DNA of 21,400 nucleotides from Chlamydiia bacterium (lineage in GTDB: Bacteria > Chlamydiota > Chlamydiia > Chlamydiales > 2-12-FULL-49-11), in the NCBI GenBank assembly GCA_044359535.1, contig JBIKLZ010000016.1, positions 1 through 21,400 of the forward strand. Reading direction: 5' to 3'. Within the stretch, counting starts at the first letter, position 1; the number at the start of each line of letters is the position of its first letter. This document shows, in pieces, positions 1 through 8,171 of this stretch. The translations under genes were made by a program, and so were the position numbers. Below the pieces are notes generated by a model. That model saw only the letters and a list, made by a program, of their open reading frames with translations. It was not told the origin of the DNA and did no database searches.

Positions 1-675
1 TATGAACCGATGTCTATTACAACTCTTCTCCCTTTGCTTGAAGAAAAACCCTTTTCCCTCTTTTTTGGAAACAGTTTATCGATTCGTTATGCAGATAATT
101 TCCTATTTCCGAAAAAAGCCACATCTCAATTTTACGGCAATCGTGGAGTAAGTGGCATAGATGGAAATCTTTCAACGGCTCTTGGTATTTGTTTTAAAAT
201 ACAAGCTCCTGTTGTAGCTCTTGTCGGCGATTGCACCTTTCTTCATGATATTGGCGCTTTAACTTTGATGCATCAAAATAAGATCCCCCTTATTATTGTT
301 GTGATTAACAACAATGGAGGGGGAATTTTTGATTTTCTATCCTACAATCAAGAAAAGGATTTTATAAATACTGTGATCTCCCCCCCCACAAATTTAGATA
401 TTGGAAAGATTGCTTCTTGTTTTAATATCCCCTATTGGAAAGCTGAATTTTCAAACGATTACACTAAAATGATCAGTCATCTTTTAGAGGAAAACAGAGG
501 CGGTATCATTGAAATTCCATCCAATAGAGAAGAAAATCTCCTCTTACATCAAATTTTAGACGATTACATTCAAACAAACATAGAAAAACCTAATTTTAAG
601 GAAAAATTATCCCTTTTCTCATTTCAAAAAAAGCCCCTCCCCCCAAAGAGATCTATTGCCTTCACGGATTTTTAG
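1..675 (+). CDS. menD: SEPHCHC synthase MenD, C-terminal part (5' end lies before the window)
   Basis: Frame is open from position 1. MenD/TPP-binding motifs NRGVSGIDG, GDCTFLHD and NNNGGGIF; men gene context. Confidence 0.95.
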   Translation, partial: YEPMSITTLLPLLEEKPFSLFFGNSLSIRYADNFLFPKKATSQFYGNRGVSGIDGNLSTALGICFKIQAPVVALVGDCTFLHDIGALTLMHQNKIPLIIVVINNNGGGIFDFLSYNQEKDFINTVISPPTNLDIGKIASCFNIPYWKAEFSNDYTKMISHLLEENRGGIIEIPSNREENLLLHQILDDYIQTNIEKPNFKEKLSLFSFQKKPLPPKRSIAFTDF

Positions 676-1268
676 GAAACCGTTCCGATTTTGATCCTTT
701 TAAAGCCTCTTTTAAAGTGATTTCAGAACATTTACCTGGCCATGGAAATAGACCCTTTATGCAAAAAAAGGATTTTTTGCAGAGTTTAGCTGATTTACCC
801 CCGAAACATGTTGTTGCCTATTCCATGGGAGGAAGACTTGCATTAGAGGCCCTTCTTTATTATAAAGCCCCCTTTTTATCCCTTACCCTTTTATCGACAA
901 CCACGTTTTGTATAAATATTGAAGAACGGATCAAGAAAGAAAGAGGTTGGATAGAAGCTTTAAAAACTCTCTCTATAAAAGACTTTGTTAAATTGTGGTA
1001 TAGCCAAGAGCTTTTTAACGGCTTTACCCCTCCTTTATCGCGCTTTATTCAAAATAAGGAAAATCTATTGAACATTTTAGAAGAATATTCTATCACTAAG
1101 GGCCCTTGTTTAATAACCAATAGAAAAAAAGGCATCACCTATATTTTTAAAGAAGACGACCCTAAGGGAAAAAATCTTCCTAACACACACTTTGTTAAAG
1201 CTAGAAGCCACGCTATCCACTTAGAATGTCCACAACAAATTATTCAGATCTTGAAAACACGGTATTAA
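633..1268 (+). CDS. menH: SHCHC synthase MenH (alpha/beta hydrolase); true start unresolved, possibly fused to MenD by a -1 frameshift
   Basis: Frame is open from 600 and encodes EIYCLHGFLG at 648-677, upstream of the GTG at 717. Also LPGHG, nucleophile elbow AYSMGGR, WYSQELF, EDDPK and SHAIHLE. There is no ATG/GTG/TTG between TAA 597-599 and the HGFLG motif. Confidence 0.85.
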   Translation, partial: APPPKEIYCLHGFLGNRSDFDPFKASFKVISEHLPGHGNRPFMQKKDFLQSLADLPPKHVVAYSMGGRLALEALLYYKAPFLSLTLLSTTTFCINIEERIKKERGWIEALKTLSIKDFVKLWYSQELFNGFTPPLSRFIQNKENLLNILEEYSITKGPCLITNRKKGITYIFKEDDPKGKNLPNTHFVKARSHAIHLECPQQIIQILKTRY

Positions 1269-1785
1269 TGTATTGTATGTCATCAGAATCAAGTTTTATA
1301 ACTGTCGCAAAATCAACAATTTTTTCGCACACTTGTTTGTTTATTTTACCTATATTTTCTAATTTTAAAATATATTCTTTTACAATATTTGGCTTATCAG
1401 CGTTTTTGGAATCATATTCTTCATAAAAATGACTCAAATGAGTTATAACTGTATTTATTGTCTCTTCTTCTAAAGGTGGTTGCGACGGGTTATTCATTAA
1501 CTCATCAATTGAACAAGGGTTGTGGGCCGTGCTGTTTGTTTCATCTAAAGATTTAGATAGAGGTATTGTTTTTTCAGCCATTTGACGCCCAATTTCTCTC
1601 TCCACCTTTTCGCGAATCTCCATTGAAATAAAAAAGGCAATTCCAATAAGGAGAATATTCACTACTATAGAAGCGATACACAAGGCCACTTTTTTGATTT
1701 TTTCATCTTTTTCTCCCTCTTTAACAAGAAGAGTTGGAGATGTAAAAAATAAGACACCAGGGGGTATAGAGGATGTTATATTCAT
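1240..1785 (-). CDS. Hypothetical protein with one predicted transmembrane helix (possible membrane effector)
   Basis: 181-aa ORF with a Ser/Thr/Pro-rich N-terminus, hydrophobic segment VALCIASIVVNILLIGIAFFISM, and its own promoter-like sequence. It fills the menH-menB gap. Confidence 0.75.
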   Translation of the reverse strand: MNITSSIPPGVLFFTSPTLLVKEGEKDEKIKKVALCIASIVVNILLIGIAFFISMEIREKVEREIGRQMAEKTIPLSKSLDETNSTAHNPCSIDELMNNPSQPPLEEETINTVITHLSHFYEEYDSKNADKPNIVKEYILKLENIGKINKQVCEKIVDFATVIKLDSDDIQYINTVFSRSE

Positions 1786-1812
1786 TAATGTTTAGGTTTT
1801 ATTTATGTAATT

Positions 1813-1840
1813 ATTATACTAAAAAACACTTAAAAATCAA
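1813..1840 (-). promoter_or_regulatory. Putative sigma66/sigma70 promoter for the 1240..1785 gene
   Basis: Minus strand reads TTGATT-16 nt-TATAAT, with the -10 ending 27 nt before the ATG. Confidence 0.55.
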
Positions 1841-1854
1841 ATTAAAAAAATCTA

Positions 1855-1883
1855 TTGAAAATTAATTCTTATTTGAATATTCT
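1855..1883 (+). promoter_or_regulatory. Putative sigma66/sigma70 promoter for menB-A-C-E
   Basis: TTGAAA-17 nt-TATTCT, followed by SD-like AGAGG before ATG 1909. Confidence 0.5.
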
Positions 1884-1908
1884 ACTACTCTTTAAAAAGA
1901 GGTTGTAA

Positions 1909-2739
1909 ATGAGCGTGTTAAGTCTTGTTAGGTGGGAAAAAATAATGGATTTTGAGGATATTGAATTCCACAAAGGGGGGGGCATTGCAAAAATCACAAT
2001 GAATAGACCTCATGTTCATAATGCCTTTAGACCTAAGACGATACATGAAATGATCTTTGCCCTTCAAGATGCCCGAATGGATGAACGTATAGGGGTCATT
2101 ATTTTAACCGGTGCCGGAAGTAAAGCCTTCTGCAGCGGGGGGGATCAAAAAATCCGTGGGGATGCAGGATATAGCGATGAAGAAGGAAATGAAATGCTCA
2201 ATGTATTAGAATTTCAAAAAAATATTCGATCATGCCCAAAGCCGATCATTGCAATGGTCAATGGCTATGCCATTGGAGGAGGGCATGTTTTACATGTAAT
2301 GTGTGATTTAACCATTGCTTCAGAAAATGCCATTTTTGGCCAAACAGGCCCTAAAGTAGGCTCTTTTGATGGGGGGTTTGGGGCAAGTTTTCTAGCAAGG
2401 ATGGTGGGGCAAAAAAAGGCTCGAGAGATATGGTACTTGTGCAGGCAATACACCGCTAAAGAGGCGTTAGAAATGGGTTTAGTCAATACCGTTGTCCCTT
2501 TTGAAGCCTTAGAATCTGAAACGATAAAATGGTGTAAAGAGATGTTACAACACTCCCCCCTTGCTTTACGCTGTCTAAAGTCTGCTTTCAATGCTGAACT
2601 TGATGGCCAAGCAGGTATTCAAGAACTTTCTGGGAATGCAACCCTTTTATATTACATGTCAAAAGAGGCTCAAGAGGGGCGCGATGCCTTTCTTGAAAAA
2701 CGAAGGCCTAATTTTTCACCCTTTCCAAAAAGAGGATAA
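1909..2739 (+). CDS. menB: 1,4-dihydroxy-2-naphthoyl-CoA synthase
   Basis: [47 protein letters not shown] and [11 protein letters not shown] are all characteristic of MenB. Confidence 0.98.
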   Translation: MSVLSLVRWEKIMDFEDIEFHKGGGIAKITMNRPHVHNAFRPKTIHEMIFALQDARMDERIGVIILTGAGSKAFCSGGDQKIRGDAGYSDEEGNEMLNVLEFQKNIRSCPKPIIAMVNGYAIGGGHVLHVMCDLTIASENAIFGQTGPKVGSFDGGFGASFLARMVGQKKAREIWYLCRQYTAKEALEMGLVNTVVPFEALESETIKWCKEMLQHSPLALRCLKSAFNAELDGQAGIQELSGNATLLYYMSKEAQEGRDAFLEKRRPNFSPFPKRG

Positions 2740-2741
2740 TT

Positions 2742-3653
2742 ATGAATGTTCAATTTTTAAAACAAAAAGGATTCTTTGGTTTGATCGTTTATGGAGCAAG
2801 ACCTAAAACTTTGGTTGCCTCTTTTTTTCCTGTGATTTTAGGAATGCTTTTAGCTCGGTTTGATCATCATTACGACATAGTTATCTATCTCTATACCCTT
2901 TTTTCAGCCCTATTTCTTCAAATCGGTACAAATTACGCCAACGATCTATTCGATCATAAAGCTCAAAGGGATACTTCTCATCGACTTGGACCCCCTCGCT
3001 TAGGGGCTTTAGGTCTTTTATCCCAAAAAGAACTTTCAATTCTTACATTTACCTCCTTTTTTATTTCGGCAATTCTTGCTATTCCTTTAATCGTTAAAGG
3101 GGGAATTTTAATTGTATTTCTTCTTCTTCTTGCCCTATTTTTAGGAATTTTTTACTCCTATGGAAGATATTCCCTGGCAAATACAGGTCTTGCCAATATT
3201 GTTGTCTTTATTGTTTTTGGACCATTAGGAACAGCAATTACTTATTACCTTCAATCCCAGAGCTATTCAGCAAATGCTGTTTTCTTTGGATGTTTACCAG
3301 GGGCCCTTTCTTTAATGCTTTTTGCGATGAATAATCTTCGTGACATGCAAGAGGATAAAAAAGGGAATAAAAAAACCCTTGTTGTACGCTTTGGTTTTCT
3401 TTGGGGGAAAATTGAATACATGTTATTTCTTTTTATAGCTCTTGTTATCCCCCCTTTAGGTCTACTATTTTTTAATGCCCCACTCATCACCTTACTTCCT
3501 CTAATTCTCCTCAAACAAGGATTTTCTCTATCTCATGCTGTTTATAAAGCTTTTGATTCTTTAGAAATTGTCCCTTTATTTGAAAAAACGGCAATGTTTA
3601 ATACCCTCTATGCACTTTTAACAATTATTGGGTGGAGAATAGCCACCTTATGA
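2742..3653 (+). CDS. menA: 1,4-dihydroxy-2-naphthoate prenyltransferase
   Basis: ARPKTL, LQIGTNYANDLFD and NNLRDMQEDKKGNKKTLVVRFG; multiple hydrophobic helices. Confidence 0.96.
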   Translation: MNVQFLKQKGFFGLIVYGARPKTLVASFFPVILGMLLARFDHHYDIVIYLYTLFSALFLQIGTNYANDLFDHKAQRDTSHRLGPPRLGALGLLSQKELSILTFTSFFISAILAIPLIVKGGILIVFLLLLALFLGIFYSYGRYSLANTGLANIVVFIVFGPLGTAITYYLQSQSYSANAVFFGCLPGALSLMLFAMNNLRDMQEDKKGNKKTLVVRFGFLWGKIEYMLFLFIALVIPPLGLLFFNAPLITLLPLILLKQGFSLSHAVYKAFDSLEIVPLFEKTAMFNTLYALLTIIGWRIATL

Positions 3654-4474
3654 ACCCTTTTTCTGAAATAGATAGTTTTAAGCTAGAAAACTATACTCTA
3701 AAAAATCGTAAAGGGATCTATCTTCACATAGAAAAAAACAAAAAAAGTGCAATCGGTGAAGTTTCACCCCTCCCAGGACGAAGTATCGAAACCTTAGAAA
3801 TGGCGGTAGATCAACTTGAAGGGGTTAAAAAGAGCTTGTTAGATGGATATTGTGATTTTTTCCCTCTCTATCCTTCTGTCCTTTTTGGTCTAAAGACCGC
3901 TTTATATTCTTTAGATCACATACCCCCTCCTTTTTCTTCAGAAATCACAAGCCTTTTTCTTGAACCTCCACTTGTTGCTCCAAAGGGAAATGTGAAATTA
4001 AAGCTTGGGAATTATGGTATTGAAGAGGCTATAAAATTTTATGAAACCTTTCGCCGAAAAGAAAAAAATATTCGAATTGATTTAGAAAGAAAATGGGAAC
4101 TTTCTAAAACTGTTACGTTTTGCAAAAAGATCGATACCTCTTTGTTATTATACATCGAAGATCCAGTAAAAGAGTATGACGATTTAACCCCATTTTATGA
4201 AGAAACAAAGGTTGCATTTGCCCTCGACATGTTCCTCGCTTTTCATTCTACTGAAGAGATTAAGCTCTTAAAGGGGCTTTACTCAATTATTGTTAAACCC
4301 TCTCTTGTTGGGGGACTTGAAGAATGTCGCGCCCTTCAAGCTGCCTTTTTTCCAATCCCTATCTCTTTAAGTAGCCTTTTTGAAACCTCTATTGGGATTA
4401 ATCACATAAAAATACTTTCTTCAATCCTTTGTGGCAATGATCCTGTGGGGGTCGATACCCTTAAATTTTTATGA
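3650..4474 (+). CDS. menC: o-succinylbenzoate synthase (enolase superfamily)
   Basis: GEVSPLPG, KLK, RID, IEDP, ALD, VKPSLVGG, SSLFETSIG and GVDT. ATG 3650 overlaps the menA stop (ATGA) and is preferred over GTG 3632. Confidence 0.9.
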   Translation: MNPFSEIDSFKLENYTLKNRKGIYLHIEKNKKSAIGEVSPLPGRSIETLEMAVDQLEGVKKSLLDGYCDFFPLYPSVLFGLKTALYSLDHIPPPFSSEITSLFLEPPLVAPKGNVKLKLGNYGIEEAIKFYETFRRKEKNIRIDLERKWELSKTVTFCKKIDTSLLLYIEDPVKEYDDLTPFYEETKVAFALDMFLAFHSTEEIKLLKGLYSIIVKPSLVGGLEECRALQAAFFPIPISLSSLFETSIGINHIKILSSILCGNDPVGVDTLKFL

Positions 4475-5529
4475 CAGCAATCTACATTCGTGATCAAAAA
4501 ATAAGCTATGTGCAGTTACTTCAATGGATTGAAAAAAGAACCGTTGTCGATCCAATTTTTCCAGTGACAAGAACTTTAGATTGTGTCCTTAACATCCTTA
4601 CCTGTTGGATAAAGGGGATCCCATTTTTTCCATACTCCCCCCTTCTATTAAAAAAACCCTCTGTAACCTTTAATCCAGGCTCTGATCTTATTTTACACTC
4701 CTCTGGTTCTTTTCAAATGAAGTATATTCAATTAACTAAAAAAGGATTTATTGAGTCTATCATCAATACCCATAAAGCATTCATCCTCGAAGAAGATGAT
4801 GTGTATTTACTCAACCTTCCCCTCTACCACGTAGCTGGAATAGCTATTCTCCTTAGAGCCTTTTTAAGGGGAGGATCTATTGCTATAGAGCCAAATGACC
4901 CCTCCATTATCACCCATCTTTCAATGGTCCCTTCCCAAACAGAAATTTTAAAGGAGAAAAATCCATTCCCACATCTTAAAGCTCTTTTACTTGGGGGATC
5001 AAAAATCCCAACCGATCTTGCTGATTTTTTGGTAGACAACCACTATCCCTTATACGTTACCTATGGAATGACAGAAACCTATTCCCACGTTTTTGTCGAA
5101 AAATATCAAAAAGGAGAAGGGGTCTTTTTTAGACAGCCCCTTAAAGGGAGAAAGGTTTTTATTAATGACCAAGGGATTCTTTTTGTAAAACTCTTTTGCA
5201 TGAATGAATTTTATAACACAAAGGATCGATTTTCTTTTAAAGAAGGTAAATATCGCTATATCGAAAGAGAGGATGCCATGTTCATTTCCGGAGGGGAAAA
5301 TATCTATCCAGAAGAGATTACACAGGCTCTTTTTAAAATTCCTGGGATCAAAAAGGTAGATATTGAAATCAAAGAGGATCTTAAATGGGGAAATCGCCCT
5401 TTTGTCACCATTTATACAGATAAGCCTACCTCTTTGTCTTCGATAAAAGGCTCATTAGCCCTCTTACTTGAAAAATTTAAAATTCCTAAAGATCATGAAA
5501 TAGCTCTTTACTCTTTAGACCCTTTTTAG
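4471..5529 (+). CDS. menE: o-succinylbenzoate-CoA ligase (compact form)
   Basis: LPLYHVAG, LLGGS, YGMTET, FISGGENIYPEEI and FKIPK; ATGA overlap with menC. Confidence 0.9.
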   Translation: MTAIYIRDQKISYVQLLQWIEKRTVVDPIFPVTRTLDCVLNILTCWIKGIPFFPYSPLLLKKPSVTFNPGSDLILHSSGSFQMKYIQLTKKGFIESIINTHKAFILEEDDVYLLNLPLYHVAGIAILLRAFLRGGSIAIEPNDPSIITHLSMVPSQTEILKEKNPFPHLKALLLGGSKIPTDLADFLVDNHYPLYVTYGMTETYSHVFVEKYQKGEGVFFRQPLKGRKVFINDQGILFVKLFCMNEFYNTKDRFSFKEGKYRYIEREDAMFISGGENIYPEEITQALFKIPGIKKVDIEIKEDLKWGNRPFVTIYTDKPTSLSSIKGSLALLLEKFKIPKDHEIALYSLDPF

Positions 5530-5866
5530 AGACTTTATCAATACACACATGTGAGATTGAAACCCTCCCTTTTAATAGACCCTCATGAAACACTTCCCCC
5601 TTCACTTCAAAAGATGTGTTAAACCACTTTACGTCGAGGTGAATATCAAGGAGACTTCCTATAAAAATTGGTGCTAAAAATTCTGCTGAAGTTGCAACAA
5701 TGGGCATCAACAACTTTCCTTCTACAAAAAGCCCTGCGACTTTTGCGTATTTTTCCCTCAACACATCCTCAAAAGCCTCTTGAACAAACCGCAAAAGGGT
5801 TGTGAAATACAAAGCTTGAGTACAATCCGTATCTGATACATAGACCTTTTTTTTGATGATAAACAT
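5486..5866 (-). CDS. Hotdog-fold 4HBT/YbgC-type acyl-CoA thioesterase, probable DHNA-CoA thioesterase
   Basis: DTDxxxxxYF...EAFE, MPIV...AEFLAP and HVCID motifs; adjacent to menE. Confidence 0.8.
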   Translation of the reverse strand: MFIIKKKVYVSDTDCTQALYFTTLLRFVQEAFEDVLREKYAKVAGLFVEGKLLMPIVATSAEFLAPIFIGSLLDIHLDVKWFNTSFEVKGEVFHEGLLKGRVSISHVCIDKVSKKGLKSKELFHDL

Positions 5867-5999
5867 GAAACAATCTCAAAATTTTTTTTGGTAAATTTTA
5901 TATTAATCTAGATTTTTATAACACCTTAAAAAACAAATTTAACCAACCTCTCCTCTGTAAAAAATTCCCTTTTTATCCCCTTGAAACAATTTCTATGGC

Positions 6000-6028
6000 T
6001 TGAATCAAAAGGGAAAATCCTCTAAAAT
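6000..6028 (+). promoter_or_regulatory. Putative sigma66/sigma70 promoter for the TPR gene
   Basis: TTGAAT-17 nt-TAAAAT, 35 nt upstream of ATG 6064. Confidence 0.55.
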
Positions 6029-6063
6029 GATAAACTTTAAAGAGTGAAAAAGACACCCATAGT

Positions 6064-8097
6064 ATGAGCCAAAAAAAAACACCTACGAATCTTTTTTCCA
6101 AAGAACATGTTCATGAAGGGGCAGAGTTAAATAACAACTTTTTTTTTGAAGATAAAGGGAAGGGAAATCATACAAAACTGCTCCAAGACGAGGGGCTTGC
6201 AAAACTTAAAAATGGGGATCCAACCGGTAACGATCTTTTTGAACTTGCTGCTCATTTAGATCAAACTGATCACCTCCTCCTTTATGAACAAGGTTTAGCT
6301 TTATTTCATCACGGACAGTCCACAAAAACAAAAAAATATTTACTCCTTGCAAATAAAAAATTTAAACAAGCTCTTTCTTTGAAAAAAGATGATTTTTTAA
6401 TTTTAAAAGCTTTGGGGGCTTGTTTACACCTCCTTGGAAGGCTCACAAATGGCCATCACTTTATTTTAGATGCAAAAAATTGTTACAAAAAAGCATTAGA
6501 CACGTTTTCCGATGCCCCAACAGAACTTCTTGCAGAAACCTATTGGGATTATGGAAAGGTTCATATTCTATTAGCTAAAAAATCAGAAGAGGTCTCTGAT
6601 CTAAACATTGCTTTAAACGCCCATCAGACAGCTATCACCTTAAACGAAAATTTAGAGCCCGCATTTTGGAGTAGTTACAGCTCTTGCGCCCTTTCCTTAG
6701 GGACACAAATTAATGATTCAGCACTCTACTTAGAAGCGATAAAATTTCAAAAAAAAGCTATAGCTAAAGAGACCTCCGATTGGAAACATTGGTATCAGCT
6801 TGCACGATGTCTTTCAAAACTTTTTTTCACCTCTTCAGATGAAGACCATTTTCTTCAAGCAAACGAGTCCTTTATCACTGCTGCAAAACTCAATCCTACA
6901 GGGGACGCCTTTTACCTATCTTGGGCAAAGCTTCTTTTTACATCGGGAAAAAAGACAAAAGAAGTTAAACGACTCTATTCAGCAATAGAAAAATGTAGCT
7001 TTGCACACACGCTAAATGCTCAAAATCCTAAGACCTATTCTATTTGGTCTATATCTCTTTCTGAAATTGGAAATATTAAAGAAGAGCTCTCTTTATTATA
7101 CGATGCTGAAAACAAAGCCCATGAAGGATTTGGCTACGCCCCTTTGTCTACAGACCTTTATTTTGCTAAAGGGTATGCCCTATTTGCCCAAGGAAACTAT
7201 TTTGAAGATACAGATCTTTATCATCAAGCTATAGAAAAATTTCAAGAAGGGCTTTCTATTGATAGAACCTGTCACAAGCTTTGGTATCACTTAGGCTATA
7301 CCTATTCCATCCTTGCAAAATTAGAAGATGATCCCTCTTACTATGAAAGGGCTATGAAATTTTTCACAAGGGCTATTCATTTAAACATGAAGAGTGTCTA
7401 CCTTTTTGCTTACGCTCGAACCCTTCTTGAGGTTGCTGAACTGCAAAATGACGAAAGCCTTTTATCTGATGCAATCACTCACTTTCAACAGGCTATATCC
7501 CTTAATAAAAATGCTATTTTTATTGAAACAGACTCACTTTATCACTACGCAAGAGCTTTAGATGTGTATGGTGATTTTAAAACAAACAAACAATTTTATA
7601 TCGAATCAATCGATGTCTTAAAAAAAATTCTCCTTGTTGATCCTTCATACCCAAATATCCATCATAAGCTAGGCGTTGTTTACGATCATCTTGGAGAACT
7701 TCTAGAAGACAGGGACATTTTAGAAAAATCTCTCATCCATTTTAAAATTGCTGAAAAAAGCACCTTTGAAAATCCTTCGTTATTTGCTGATCATGCGCTG
7801 ACAAAAATCCATATGGCTGAGCTCTCTTTATCCTCGGAAGAGAGATATCATCTTTATAAAGAAGCTGAGTATAAATTGATGCAGTCGGCAAAACTTGGGT
7901 TTACAGAAAGTTATTACCACCTAGCTGCTTTATACTCGCTTTCTTGTGAATATGAAAAATCGGTCCATTTTTTAAACAAATGTATCACTTTTGACGCTCT
8001 TCCCTCTTTAGATGATATTTTAGAGGATGAATGGTTAGAAAATGTCCGTCACACTGAACTTTTTAAAGAATTTCTCACTCAAATAAAAACTCATTAA
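6064..8097 (+). CDS. Large tetratricopeptide-repeat protein
   Basis: Recurrent TPR-like helices (e.g. LWYHLGYTYS...AMKFFTRAIHLN, IHHKLGVVYDHLG) and a terminal YYHLAALYSL...DEWLENVR cap. Confidence 0.85.
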   Translation: MSQKKTPTNLFSKEHVHEGAELNNNFFFEDKGKGNHTKLLQDEGLAKLKNGDPTGNDLFELAAHLDQTDHLLLYEQGLALFHHGQSTKTKKYLLLANKKFKQALSLKKDDFLILKALGACLHLLGRLTNGHHFILDAKNCYKKALDTFSDAPTELLAETYWDYGKVHILLAKKSEEVSDLNIALNAHQTAITLNENLEPAFWSSYSSCALSLGTQINDSALYLEAIKFQKKAIAKETSDWKHWYQLARCLSKLFFTSSDEDHFLQANESFITAAKLNPTGDAFYLSWAKLLFTSGKKTKEVKRLYSAIEKCSFAHTLNAQNPKTYSIWSISLSEIGNIKEELSLLYDAENKAHEGFGYAPLSTDLYFAKGYALFAQGNYFEDTDLYHQAIEKFQEGLSIDRTCHKLWYHLGYTYSILAKLEDDPSYYERAMKFFTRAIHLNMKSVYLFAYARTLLEVAELQNDESLLSDAITHFQQAISLNKNAIFIETDSLYHYARALDVYGDFKTNKQFYIESIDVLKKILLVDPSYPNIHHKLGVVYDHLGELLEDRDILEKSLIHFKIAEKSTFENPSLFADHALTKIHMAELSLSSEERYHLYKEAEYKLMQSAKLGFTESYYHLAALYSLSCEYEKSVHFLNKCITFDALPSLDDILEDEWLENVRHTELFKEFLTQIKTH

Positions 8098-8119
8098 TTC
8101 AGTTAGATTGAGTATATCA

Positions 8120-8148
8120 TAGACATTTAAAGAAAAAATCGTTATACT
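8120..8148 (+). promoter_or_regulatory. Putative sigma66/sigma70 promoter for yidC-dnaA
   Basis: TAGACA-17 nt-TATACT, then AAGGA SD at 8159-8163 and ATG 8172. Confidence 0.6.
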
Positions 8149-8171
8149 CCTTTGAAAAAAGGAATATTTTT

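Noticed and set aside
717-719. GTG 717 as the menH start (ORF track)
   Set aside because: It would omit the conserved LHGFLG motif encoded in-frame at 660-677.
1226-3514. Short ORFs 1226..1426, 2265..2591, 2591..2806 and 3263..3514
   Set aside because: They are shadow frames overlapping well-supported genes and have no motifs.
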